Shown: in pieces, positions 9,342-21,570 of the stretch
Position numbering within the stretch: the first letter of the stretch is position 1
Layout of the letters: the number at the start of each line of letters is the position of its first letter
DNA from: an uncultured Chloroflexia bacterium
GTDB taxonomy: Bacteria; Chloroflexota; Limnocylindria; Limnocylindrales; CSP1-4
Direction: 5' to 3'
Assembly: GCA_963734535.1 (NCBI GenBank)
Contig: CAVTHS010000011.1
Span: forward strand, 1 to 64,000
Length of the DNA: 64,000 nt
Position numbers and translations under genes: made by a program
Notes under the pieces: model-generated
Told to the model about the DNA's origin: nothing
The model's input: only the letters and a program-made list of their open reading frames with translations
Databases searched by the model: none

Positions 9342-11556
9342 CTATGGGACGATCAGGTGGACCGGGTTGCCCAGGATCTGGACCTTCCAGGTGGTGAGGT
9401 CGGTGCTGTAGCTCGACGTCGAGCCGCCCATGGTGTACCTGATCTTCCACCATCCTCCCTCGGTCTCGCCCGATGGGGTCGGTGCGACATAGTTGTCCGC
9501 GAGCACGATCGTGAGGCGTAGCCAGCAGCCGTTGAACAGGGAGTTGCCGCCCGTGTTGGTCGTCACGGCGTCGATGTCCCGCTTCCCTGCCGCGTGGCGC
9601 AGTTCGAGTGACCCGAATCGGTTGTTCCGACGCTCCCCTTGTAGCTGAATGAATCGGCCACGTAGCCGCCGCTCGTGGGCTCCAGGATCTCGAGAGATGC
9701 GGAGAGTGCCCCAGTGTCGCCCGGATCCCAGAGGTCGATCTGCATCGTCTTCCCCGCATGGACGGCGTCGATCTTTGCCAGGTAGAACTCGGAGGCTTGG
9801 CCGCCGGGGAGGCGGACGTAGGCTTCCATGGCGCCATTGCCGTAGACGCGCGGCGTGCCCCCCGTGGCCGTCGCCCAGATCGCGAACGAGTTGAGCGCGG
9901 TGGTGTTGTTCTGGTCGGCCGCATCGGAATGCGTGTGCAGGCGATAGGTCACGCCGTCGTCGGTGCCACCAGATAGTCCGCCTGCCAGCTGCCACCAACC
10001 GTTGTGCCACGCGAGGCCCTGGCAGCTGCCGGACCCGTTGGAGCCACCGAGCGAGGAGTCGTCGAGGCTCAGATTCTGGAAGGTGCTCCCGGATGCCGCC
10101 AGCGGGGTGTCGTCGGTCAGGTCGTACGGCGTCCCCTTCGTGTCGAGGAGGTCGTAGTAGGAGCTCACCGGTTGCGGGCTCGAGTAGCCGTTGGATCCGC
10201 CGACAGTCCAGTTCTCGCCCGTTCCCTGGCTGGTCGAGACCTCGCAGAACCCCGGATCGAAGATCCAGACCTGGCCGTTCGAGGCCCCGGCGGGGATGTC
10301 GATGCCGTAGTTGTAGTAGTTGGCGGGGTCGAAGAGGCGTCGGGGTCCTGGGCGGCATCGACGATGTTGGGGTGCTCGGGTTCCGGACTGGTACTTGGTC
10401 ATGAAGGCGTCACCCTGGATGTTCGGCGCGCCCTGGCTCTGCATGGCACCCCAGAAGTTCTGAGGCGCCAGCAGCGCTCCGTCCGGCGCGTAGATCGGCC
10501 GCGGCCCGGCGTTGCTCGACACCCGGACTTGGAGCGTGTCCACCTGGCGCGAATCGATCGCTCGTGCAGGCAGGCTTGTTGAACGTCAGGCGGACCATGA
10601 ACAGGCCGTCGGCGAGGTCCGCCCGGGTCCAGGTGTGGCCGGACCAGGCGGCGGTCGAGGTCGCGCTGCCGAGCGTGCTGCCCACCTCGCTCGAGGTGAG
10701 CGTGATCGTCGTGCGCCGGTCGGAGAGGAAGGGGCCCAGCTCGCGCCGCCGTCCCAGGAGAGCTGGACCTGGAGCTTGCAGCCGCTGTTCGTGGGGTTCC
10801 CGACGCGCTGTACCTCGCGCCCACCTGAACCTCGATCCCGTCGATCGGGGCGCCGAGCGGCAGGCGTGGGCGCGCTAGGAGCCCGAAGGTTCCCCACGTC
10901 TCGGCGCTCCCGGTGGAGGAGCTCGAGGAGGCAAACGCTTGTTGTTATGTGCCGTCCGCATGACCGGGGTTCGACCAGCTGCCAGACGGAACTCCGCTCT
11001 TGAGGCCGGTCGTGTCGGCGGCGTCGATGAACAGCCCGACGCCGTAGTAGTTCTGCGGGCTTCCCATCGGGACGGGCAGGACGTACTCGGCCTTCGCCGT
11101 CCTGGTCGCGTTGATCGAGTTGATCCCGAACACGCGCATGAAGAAGGTGGAGACGGGCGCGGTGATGGTGACGTCCAGCTGGCGCGGGTTTCCGCCGGTG
11201 ACCGCCAGCGAGTTCTGGATCGGCGTGACGGCGATTCCGCCCCCGCTGGTGTATCCGTTCTTCGTGGCCTCGTTCGTCGCGCGCAGGTAGGCGTTGTCTG
11301 CACCCGTGTTCACCTTGCCGGGCAGCAGGACCGCCCCGGCGAGCGCCGCGGCGTCGGCGGCGCGCTGCACGCGGAGCGTGTTCGCCCAGTACCAGGCCAC
11401 ATCGACCACGACGGCACAAAGGCCGACGAAGACGAAGGCGCTTATCGCGAAGATGACGAGCACCTGGCCTCGGGATCGAGAGCGTCGCGGTGGCGGCTCG
11501 GGCTGCGCTTCTGCCCCGGCCGCCGTCGTGCCATCGTGCGCGTTCTGCTGCCGCAT
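9342..11556 (-). CDS. tadG: TadG-like pilus-associated protein (frameshifted in this sequence)
   Basis: RGQVLVIFA prepilin motif, Q.AADAAALAGA; continues through several frames to ...ILGNPVHLIVP* at 9342. Confidence 0.72.
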
Positions 11557-11566
11557 CGTCTCGTCC

Positions 11567-12221
11567 TCAGTCCGTTGGGTTCAGGGCCATGACGGTCCTG
11601 TCTGACATCGTGAGGCCGCCGGCGGAGGCGCCGCCGAAGAACCTCAGGATGCCAGCCAGGGGCGTCTGGAAGGTGTACGAGTACGTCAGGCTGACGCCGA
11701 TCGAGTCGACGCCGGATGGCCCGCCATTGGTCCGGCTGCACGGATTCCAGGCCTGGGACTCCTGGGTGAAGCCAATCTGCTGGCCGTCGACCGTCGGGCC
11801 CGTTGCGGGTCCTGTGTACGTCCAGATGTTCACGGAGGATCGGGAGGCCGTGATGACTGGAGCGCCGTTTGCGATCGGCCTTCCAGATCAGGACCTCCGT
11901 CCCGTTCGCCACCAGCTTCACGCGGGAGCCGGGCGAGAGAAGCACGCGCCGCACGGCCGCGATGATCTGGGGATCGACGGTCGCCGCGTTCGGCGATTGT
12001 CCGGTGTCGCAGCCCAGCGCCCCGCCCCCATTCGCGAGCGCCGACCCGACCCGCGCGCCCTCGCGGGTGGCGTACTCCAAGGTCAGGTTCTGGTCGAACG
12101 CGAAGCCGAACTCGAGCATCCCGAGGAGCAGGAGCAGGAAGACGGGGACGAGCATGGCGAACTCGACGAGGCCCTGGCCGCGTGTCCGCCGCCCGCTCCT
12201 CGCCCCGCCGGATCGGGCCAT
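11567..12221 (-). CDS. tadE: TadE family pseudopilin (frameshift ~11850)
   Basis: RGQGLVEFAMLVPVFLLLLLGMLEFG, ATREGARVG; C-terminus YTFQTPL...MALNP in a second frame. Confidence 0.8.
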
Positions 12222-12245
12222 CCGCCCGGATCGTCGCCGCGCGCC

Positions 12246-12861
12246 TCACAGGACCGGCTCCATCCGCATCGCGTTCGACTGCGGTCAGCGTAAAGCCGCC
12301 GTCCCGGCCAGCCCGAAGTTGCCCATCGGCGTGACCCAGGCGTGGCGATAGGTGATCTCGACGCCGATCGTGTCGATCTGCGTTCGACCAAGGCTCACGC
12401 ACATCCGTTGAGGAAGTTGCATCGCTGGTCATAGGTGTACGTGCCGGTCGGCGACGAGTACGGAACCGTGAGCGTTGTCGTTCCCTTGGTGCAGGTCGTG
12501 CTGCCACCGCGCGTGTACGTCAGGGTCGCCAGGCGCGTGGATCCGCTCTGGTCGCGTCCGGTAGATCGTCACCGTCTGGACGTTGGCCTTGTTTCCCGGT
12601 GCGCCGATGGAGTTCTCCACCTGCTGGAGGATGACGCAGTCCGCCAGCTTGTCGCTGCCGGCTTCTGCCGCGGTGAGCGCCGCGTTCCGGCTCGCGTAGT
12701 TCACGCCGAGCAGGGCGCTGAAGACGAAGGCGAACTCGACGAGGAACAGCGTCAGCAGCATGAACAGCGGGAAGACGAGGGCGAACTCGACGAGCGACTG
12801 ACCCGTCTCGCGGCCGTGCCGAACTGGACGCGTTCGCTCTTCGACGGTGCGACGTCGACAC
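12246..12861 (-). CDS. tadE: TadE family pseudopilin (frameshifted)
   Basis: GQSLVEFALVFPLF, ASRNAA; C-terminal DTIGVEITYRHAWVTP...RMEPVL* in other frames. Confidence 0.75.
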
Positions 12862-13076
12862 CCAGTGACCTCCCGACGTGATGACGCACACGCTGCTGAC
12901 GCGGCGACAGGAACGGTGACCCCGCAACCTTGCAGCGCACCTTGCGTCGTCGCCAGGGCGCACCACGCCGCGCTGTCCGCGGACCGTCGCTGCCGCTTGC
13001 GGTACGACCGGGCAGACTCGCTCGGCTCGGCTCGAATCGCCGCGACTCCTCGTCCCCTTGCGCCTAGAATCGAGCC

Positions 13077-14300
<1,224 letters not shown>

Positions 14301-14308
<8 letters not shown>

Positions 14309-15176
14309 CCCGCAGCCGATCGGCGTGGTGGCTGCCCGTCACCAGGGCGGGCTCTCCGGCCTCGTCGGGCGGCTCCGGATCGCGTCGACGATCGGGGGAC
14401 GCGCGGCGCTCGCCCCGATCTACCGCGCCTACACGGCCCGGCTCCGCGCCGAGGTGCTGGCACGGCCGGTCCCGGAGCACGTGGCGCTGATCATGGACGG
14501 CAACCGCCGCTGGGCGCGCCACGTCGGCGGCGGCGCGGGCATCGGGCACCGGCACGGCGCGAACAAGGCGATCGAGCTGCTCGACTGGTGCAGCGATCTC
14601 GGGATCCGCGAGGTCACCCTCTGGGCCCTCTCGCTTGAGAACCTCGACCGGGCGCCCGAGGAGGTGGAGCTGATCACGGAGATCGCCCGCCAGACCCTCA
14701 CCGCGCTCTCCGAGCGCGACAAGGTGAAGCGGCTGGAGATGAGCCTCCGGGTGATCGGCCGGCGCGAGCTGCTGCCCGATCGGCTTCGGGAGGCGGCCGA
14801 GCGCGGCGAGGCCGAGACGCAGGGTCGCCCCGGGCTCCGCGTGACGCTTGCGCTCGGGTACTCGGGTCGCGACGAGCTGGTGGAGGCGGCTCGGGCCGCG
14901 ATCCGGACCCTCGTCGCGGACGGCGTGACGCCGGACCAGCTTCCGGGCGCGCTCACGGCTGAGCAGCTCGAAGCGCACCTGTACACGCGCGGGTCGAGCG
15001 ATCCCGACCTCATCATCCGGACGTCGGGCGAGGTTCGCCTGTCCGGCTTCCTCCCCTGGCAGAGCGCCTACAGCGAGTTCTACTTCTGCGACGCGTACTG
15101 GCCCGCCTTCCGCGAGCTGGACTTCCTGCGCGCGATCCGGACCTACCAGCTGCGCGGGCGCCGGTTCGGCCGCTGA
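14301..15176 (+). CDS. uppS: cis-prenyltransferase (undecaprenyl/isoprenyl diphosphate synthase)
   Basis: [44 protein letters not shown]. Confidence 0.93.
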
Positions 15177-15344
15177 ATGCGCTCGCGGAGGCGCCGCCGC
15201 TGACGAGCCGGTTCGGCCGCTGAATTCCGCGCACAGAGGCCGTGCGGCTGATTTCGGCGCGGTGCTTGTCGAAAATCGCCGAAACGCCTAGGATTTCCGT
15301 GCCTGTTCCCGCACCCCCCTTCGTCCCAAGGAGGACGCTTCCGA

Positions 15345-15725
15345 ATGATCGACAGCGGCTCGACCACCCTCAGCCTCAGCGACGTCGCCGCGGGGAAGCT
15401 TCGCGAGATCACCGCCGGTGAGGCCAACCCGAATGTCGGGCTTCGCGTGTACGTCTACTCGGGCGGGTGCTCCGGCTTCCGGTACGGGATGATGATCGAG
15501 GACGCGCCGACCCCCGAGGACCAGGTCCTCGAGTCCCAGGGCATCAAGGTCTACGTCGATACGAAGAGCCTCGACCTGCTGACGGGCTCGCAGATCGACT
15601 ACGTCGACACGCTGATGGGGGCGGGCTTCACGGTCAACAACCCCAACGCCGTCGCAGCGTGCGGGTGCGGGTCGTCCTTCCGGACCGCCGAGTCCGAGGG
15701 CGCGCCGGGGGCCTGCCACCACTGA
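15345..15725 (+). CDS. A-type Fe-S cluster carrier (HesB/IscA/ErpA family)
   Basis: GGCSGFRY and NPNA..ACGCGSSF; AGGAGG RBS. Confidence 0.95.
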   Translation: MIDSGSTTLSLSDVAAGKLREITAGEANPNVGLRVYVYSGGCSGFRYGMMIEDAPTPEDQVLESQGIKVYVDTKSLDLLTGSQIDYVDTLMGAGFTVNNPNAVAACGCGSSFRTAESEGAPGACHH

Positions 15726-16099
15726 TCGTCCGCCCGGATGGCGGGGCCATACCGGGTTGGTGGTGCATGCCAGGGCCGGCGAACCCGGCCCCGCCCGATG
15801 TGCACCAGGTGACCGCTACGACCGCCGGCGACCCGGACCGGGTTGGATGTGCGTCATGGGCTGCGCCAGCCGACCGGCGAACGGTGGTTTGGGTCACGCG
15901 GTGACCGATCCCGCCGCCGACGGGGTCCTCGCCGGTCGCAGTGCAGAATCTGTGCACGTCGGCGCGGTGACGCCATACCCCGAGGGACCGACGTGGACCC
16001 GCAGCTGGAGCGCCGCTTGACGGTTGCTCTCACCGCTCGTAGCGTCGCGCTCGAGCGTGCGTGCGCCGCCGGTGCACGACGCCGGAGCCCGAGGTCCGC

Positions 16100-16825
16100 G
16101 TGAGCTTCCTCCACAAGGCGAAGGTGAAGGCGTCCGAGGTCGCGCGTGATGCCGCCGACGCGTCGACCCGCGCCGCCGGCGCCGTCACTGCGAAGGCCCA
16201 CGACCCGGAGACGCAGGAGAAGCTCAAGAGCGGGCTGGCCACTGCTGGCAGGACGGCCGCCGACGCCTCGACCCGCGCCGCGGACGCGTCCGCGAAAGCC
16301 GCGAGCGCGGCCGTCGCGAAGGTGCAGGACCCTGCAACGCAGGCGCGGGTGAAAGGGGGCATTGCCTCGGCCGGCCGCGGCGCCCGCACGATGGTGGAGC
16401 GGATCGATCCGGGGATCCTGGCCGAGGTCGTCATCAAGGCGACGGCCCTCCAGGAGCGGGCGAACGCTCGCCTCCGGGCCAAGGGTTCGATCTACCGGAT
16501 CGGCGAGATCCAGGTGACCGCCTCGCTGCCCCCGGGCATCTCGTTCTCGATCGAGCGGATCGGTGATTCCGGCCACGAGGACGCCGGCCACGAGGGCGCC
16601 GGCCACGAGGGCGCAGCGAGCGACTCCCTGCGCAGCTCGACCGAGCTGCTGGCCGAGGAGCATGCCGCGGCGGCCGACGCGATCGTCTCCCTCGACACCC
16701 ACGAACAGGCCGGCATCGTGGAGGAGATTGCCGCAGCCGAGGCGTCCATGGACGCCGCGGTCGAGGTTCTCGAAGACACGTCCCCGGTCGCGACTCCGGC
16801 CGCCGCCGAATCGCCGGCGCGCTGA
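16100..16825 (+). CDS. Ala/Lys-rich hypothetical protein with internal repeats
   Basis: GTG start after GAGG; duplicated N-terminal helical segment; GHE(D/G)A x3. Confidence 0.65.
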   Translation: MSFLHKAKVKASEVARDAADASTRAAGAVTAKAHDPETQEKLKSGLATAGRTAADASTRAADASAKAASAAVAKVQDPATQARVKGGIASAGRGARTMVERIDPGILAEVVIKATALQERANARLRAKGSIYRIGEIQVTASLPPGISFSIERIGDSGHEDAGHEGAGHEGAASDSLRSSTELLAEEHAAAADAIVSLDTHEQAGIVEEIAAAEASMDAAVEVLEDTSPVATPAAAESPAR

Positions 16826-16944
16826 GGCCGCTGGATCGCCCTCGTCCCGGCGCTCCACCCTGGCGGGGCCGTGCGTCGCGGCGCCTGCCGGGCCTCGCAA
16901 CGGCCTGAGATCGCGGGCAGCTGCCGGTCGGGTGGCCCGCCGTC

Positions 16945-18378
16945 ATGACGGCCGGTCATGACGAGGGAGGACGTCCACCGCACACTAGCGCCACGCGGGT
17001 CACGGAACCCGCGGTATCGCCTACCCGGCGAAGGTTCGGTGCCATGCTCGACATCCGGCTCGTCGATGCTCGGGCGGCCCACGCTGCCGCCGACGCCGAT
17101 TCGCGCGCCGGTGCCATGTCGACGGCCACGCCGCTCTTCCGCAACCGCAGCTTCCTGCGCCTGTGGTTCGTCGCTGCCGCGACCCAGGTGGGCGGCCACA
17201 TGGCGCTCTACGCCATGACGATCCTGGTCTTCTCCACGACGCGGTCGAACACCGCGGTGAGCGCGCTCCTGATGACCTACATGCTCCCCCAGGTGCTGCT
17301 GTCGCCGTTCGCGGGCGTGATCATCGATCGGGTGGACCTGCGCTGGGCAATGATCGCTCCGAATGCCGTCCGAGCCGCCCTGATGGTCGGACTCGCCCTG
17401 GCGGGCTTCAGCGTCCCGATGCTGTTGCTCCTCAACATCGGGATCAGCCTCACGAGCGTCGTGCTCATGCCCGCCGAGGGATCGATGGTTCCGCGGGTTG
17501 TCCCGGCCGAGCAGCTCGAAACCGCGCTCGGCATCTTCAACCTGACCTTCCAGGCGTCGTTCGCGGTCGGGTTCGCCTTTGCGGGTCCGCTCCTCGTCGT
17601 GGTCTTCGGGCCATCAATCGTCCTGGCAGTTGTCGCCGCCTTCTACGTTGCCGCGACCGCCGTGTGCATGGGCTTGCCACCTGCCGCGCCCGAGGCGAGA
17701 CGTGCGGACCACCTGCGACGTTCCGATGCGATCCAGCCCATTCGTGAGCTTCTCGACGGATTTCGCGTGATCCGCGGGAACCTCGAGATCGAGCGGCCGA
17801 TCATCGTGCAGGCCGCAGCGGCGGCTGGGGCCGGCGTCCTCGGTGTGCTGGGTCCGGCGCTGGCGATCTCGATCGGCCTCGAGCCCGCCCACTTCGCCGT
17901 CGTCGTGCTTCCCCTGGGCGTCGGGGTCGTCGTCGGCATCCTGGGGCTGCGCCGGCTGCGGCGCACCTCGCACCGACGGGTCGCGGAGCTCAGCCTCATG
18001 GCGTTCGGCGTGCTTGCCTTCGCGCTGGCCCTGATGGCTGCGATCGGAAGCATGCTGGGCGGGTTCGCCACCTCGGTCCTGCCGTTCGTGATCGGCGCCG
18101 CATTCGCTGCCGGCGCCGCCTACGGGATGACTGCGGTGTCGGCGCAGACGTCGCTCCTCGAAGCGATGCCGTCCGACGTTCGCGGTCGTGTCTTCGGCGT
18201 CCTCGCCTCGATCGTGAGTGCCGTCGCCCTCTTGACCTCCGTGGTCGCCGGCCCCGTGGCCGACCAGGTCTCGGCACCCATCGTCGTCGCCGCGGTGGGC
18301 CTTGCGATCGTGGCGGTCGCGACCTGGCTGACCCGCAGCCCCGGTCCGCGGACGACCCTGCACCAGCCAGCCCCGTGA
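16945..18378 (+). CDS. MFS transporter (DHA3/H+ antiporter-like); true start may be 17044 or 17116
   Basis: About 12 TM helices, FRNRSFLRLW, PFAGVIIDRVD, RGRVFG. Confidence 0.9.
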   Translation: MTAGHDEGGRPPHTSATRVTEPAVSPTRRRFGAMLDIRLVDARAAHAAADADSRAGAMSTATPLFRNRSFLRLWFVAAATQVGGHMALYAMTILVFSTTRSNTAVSALLMTYMLPQVLLSPFAGVIIDRVDLRWAMIAPNAVRAALMVGLALAGFSVPMLLLLNIGISLTSVVLMPAEGSMVPRVVPAEQLETALGIFNLTFQASFAVGFAFAGPLLVVVFGPSIVLAVVAAFYVAATAVCMGLPPAAPEARRADHLRRSDAIQPIRELLDGFRVIRGNLEIERPIIVQAAAAAGAGVLGVLGPALAISIGLEPAHFAVVVLPLGVGVVVGILGLRRLRRTSHRRVAELSLMAFGVLAFALALMAAIGSMLGGFATSVLPFVIGAAFAAGAAYGMTAVSAQTSLLEAMPSDVRGRVFGVLASIVSAVALLTSVVAGPVADQVSAPIVVAAVGLAIVAVATWLTRSPGPRTTLHQPAP

Positions 18379-18471
18379 CCCGGGTCCAGCCGCGACGGTC
18401 CCGCTCCTGCGTGGATCGGCCCTGGAGGCTCGTCCCGCGTTCGAGGAAAACGATACGGAACCCCGACGCGC

Positions 18472-19326
18472 TCAGCGCGCCTCGAACGAGCGCTTCGAAA
18501 GCCCGTAGAAGTAGCCCTCGATGGTGAAGTCCGGCGAGTCGTCGGGCTTCGCGACCGCGCCGAGCGTCACGAAGATCGGCGCGAAGTGCTCGACCGTGGG
18601 ATGAGCGTACGGCATGCCGGGCGCCTTCTCCCGGAACGCGAAGAGCGTGTCGAGGTCGCCGCGGTTCAGCGCCTCGGTCGCCCACTGGTCGAAGTCGATC
18701 GACCACTGCGGGGCGCCCGGCCTGCCCAGGAAGTAATCGTGGACGAACGGCAGCCCGTGGGTGAGGAACCCGCTGCCGACGATCAGGACGCCCTCGTCTC
18801 GCAGCGGTGCCAGGCGCCGGCCCACCTCGAAGAGGTGCCGCGGATCCAGGTCCGGCATCGACATCTGGAGAACCGGGATCTGCGCGTCCGGGTACATCGC
18901 CTTGAGGGGCACCCACGCGCCATGGTCGAGCCCGCGCGTCTCGCGATCCAGGACGGGCTCGGTCGCCGGCATCAGGGCCCTCACTCGTGCCGCGAGGTCC
19001 GGCGCCCCGGGCGCGTCGTAGGTCATCCGGTAGTAGTGCTCCGGGAAGCCGTAGAAGTCGTAGACCAGCGGCACGCGCCCGGTGGCGCTCAGTGCGATCG
19101 GCGCGGTCTGCCAGTGCGCGCTCACGATCAGGATGGAGCGTGGTCGCGGAAGCGACGCGCCCCACGCCCCGAGCTGGCCCATCCACGCGTCGTCCTCGAG
19201 GAGCGGCGGCGCTCCGTGCCCGAGGTAGATGGCCGGCATGGGCCCGGCCGCCCGTGCAACGGGCGCGACCGCGCCGGCCGCGGCGACGGTCGGGGGCGGC
19301 GCCTGGATCGAATGCGTGTCCGGCAT
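18472..19326 (-). CDS. DODA/LigB-type extradiol ring-cleavage dioxygenase
   Basis: YLGHGAP, VSAHW, YDFYGFP, RGLDHGAW, GSGFLTH, AHPTVEHFAP. Confidence 0.92.
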   Translation of the reverse strand: MPDTHSIQAPPPTVAAAGAVAPVARAAGPMPAIYLGHGAPPLLEDDAWMGQLGAWGASLPRPRSILIVSAHWQTAPIALSATGRVPLVYDFYGFPEHYYRMTYDAPGAPDLAARVRALMPATEPVLDRETRGLDHGAWVPLKAMYPDAQIPVLQMSMPDLDPRHLFEVGRRLAPLRDEGVLIVGSGFLTHGLPFVHDYFLGRPGAPQWSIDFDQWATEALNRGDLDTLFAFREKAPGMPYAHPTVEHFAPIFVTLGAVAKPDDSPDFTIEGYFYGLSKRSFEAR

Positions 19327-19720
19327 GCGCATGAAGCCTACGCCGCCATGGCGCTGGCCGCCCCGCTGACCGAGGACACCGGGGACGGACCCGGCAGCCT
19401 GCTGATCATCTATCCCCGCCACCGCCGTACCGCCGCCCCACCGCCGCGCCACCGCCGTTCCGAGCTGGCTGACGCGAAGGCCTGAGGCGCGCGCGACGAA
19501 GGCCTGAGGCGGCGGGGCGGCGCCCAATATCGCCCCACCCGATCAGAATCGGTTTTCGCACGCTCGAAGTCGCAGCGAAACCCAGGCGGATTCAAGCGGT
19601 TCGATGCATCACCACGCTCGGGGCGGGTCCATGCGATCGGCTGGCCCGATATCTGCCGCAGGATGGGCGCTGCACACGCCAGCCGTCACCCGACGCGAAG
19701 GCCTGAGGTGCGCGACGTCG

Positions 19721-20310
19721 TCACTCCTCGCTGAAGCGCTCCTCCTTCCAGGGGTCGGCGTCGTTGTTGTAGCCGTAGCGCTCCCAGAAGCCGCGGATGT
19801 CGTGGTCCAGGAACTCCAGCGCGCGGACCCATTTCGCGCTCTTCCAGAAGTAGCGCTTGGGGACGACGAGGCGGAGCGGATAGCCGTGCTCGGGCTCGAG
19901 CGGCTGTCCCTCGTACCGGTCCGCCAGCAGAACGTCCGCATCCGCGAGAACCTCGAGCGGCAGGTTGGTGGTATAGCCCTGCTCGCAGTGGACCAGCACG
20001 TGGGTTGCCTCGGGCAGGACCTGGGCCATCTCGAGGATCGCCTGGATCGGCACGCCCTGCCAGGTCGTGTCCAGCTTGGACCAGCGCGTCACGCAGTGGA
20101 TGTCGGCCGTTACCGCCGCTCGCGGAAGCGCCAGGAACTGGTCACAGGTGAACGTGAGCGGCGCGCGACGATGCGGACGTGAGGTCCCAGGCAGAAGGTG
20201 ACTTGGACGCTGCGAGTGGAGACCGGGAATTTAGTGAGTACTGCGGCGGGCGCGTGAAGCGTGGGGATCTGGCGCGGAAGAGTGCTGAACATGTTGTTCT
20301 GTAGTGGCGG
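19721..20310 (-). pseudogene. degenerate second copy of the sulfite-oxidase-like gene
   Basis: Near-identical to 21571-22010, then decays with indels over 20160-20310. Confidence 0.7.
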
Positions 20311-21430
20311 CATTTGCCCGAGAGATCGCGGGGACGATCGGGTGCTCGGAACGGACGGTCTACGACGTCGTCTCGCGAGCGGGGGGCATCGTGCCGGCGG
20401 CGTTCCGGAAGCCGCCGAAGCCGCGCTCCCCGCTGCGCCTGCGGCCGGCCGAGCGGGAGGAGATCAGCCGCGGCCTGCGGGTCGGCCTGTCCCTCCGCCA
20501 GATCGCCGCCGGGCTGCACCGGTCGCCCTCGAGGCGTGTCCCGGGAGGTGTCCCGCAACGGCGGCCGCGAGCGGTACCGGGCCGTGCGGGCGGGCACCGC
20601 GCGCCCGGGTCCGAGCCCGACGCCCGAAGACCGCGCGGCTGGCCCGCGACCCGCGCCTGGCCGCCGAGGTCGAGGGCCTCCTGCTGCGGCGCTGGTCGGC
20701 CGCCAGCAGATCGCGCAGCGCTCTTCCGCCTGGACGCATCGCTGACGAGCGGGAGCTGCGGGTGAGCCACGAGACGATCTACCAGGCACTCTTCATCCAG
20801 AAAAGCCGGGGCGCCCTGCGCCGGGAGCTCGCCGCCTGCCTGCGGACGGGGCGGGCTCGGTCGCCGGGCGCAGGTGCCCGCCATTCGTGACCGGGGGCGG
20901 ATGGCCGGCATGGTCCTGCTCAGCGAGCGGCCGGCCGAGGTCGAGGACCGCGCGGTCCCCGGGCACTGGGAGGGCGACCTCCTCGTGGGCAAGGGCAACC
21001 GCAGCGCGATCGCCACCCTCGTGGAGCGCCGGACCCGCTACGTCCTGCTCGCGGCCCTGCCCGCCGGGCGAGCGGCCCCCGAGGTCCGCGACGCCCTGGC
21101 CGAACGGATCGGGACCCTGCCGGCGCACCTCCGCCGCTCGCTCACCTGGGACCGCGGCCACGAGATGGCCGAGCACCAGCGGTTCACCGTCGACACGGGG
21201 GTCGCCGTCTACTTCTGTGACCCCCACAGCCCCTGGCAGCGAGGCACGAACGAGAACACCAACGGCCATGTAATAATACGTCCTGCGCCAGTACCTCCCG
21301 AAGGGCATCGACCTCGCGCCCTTCACCCAGGCGGCGCTCGACGCCATCGCCGCCGAACTCAACGGCCGCCCTCGACAGACCCTCGGCTGGATGACACCAT
21401 CTGAGGCGCTCGCCGCGGTGTTGCGATGAC
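20310..21430 (+). pseudogene. IS30 family transposase (multiple frameshifts)
   Basis: EREEISRGL..G.SLRQIA..L.RSPS, VSHETIYQ, RAVPGHWEGDL, TLVERRTR, SLTWDRGHEMA, YFCDPHSPWQRGTNENTNG. Confidence 0.88.
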
Positions 21431-21570
21431 CGGTTGAATCCGCCCACGGTTGGCTGCATCTCCACGCTCGGGGTGGGTCCATGCGATCGGCTGGCCCGAT
21501 ATCTGCCGCAGGATGGGCGCTGCACACGCCAGCCGTCCCCCGACGCGAAGGCCTGAGGCGCGCGACGTCG

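Larger units (their letters stand above)
19585..21444 (+). mobile_element. IS30-family insertion sequence with terminal inverted repeats and 2-bp CA target duplication
   Basis: Left GGCGGATTCAAGCGGT.. (19585) is the inverse of right ..ACCGGTTGAATCCGCC (ends 21444); CA on both flanks; IS30 transposase inside. Confidence 0.8.

Noticed and set aside
19721-20310. Functional second sulfite-oxidase-like paralogue
   Set aside because: Its 5' third is scrambled and it lies inside IS ends; likely a consensus artefact or dead copy.
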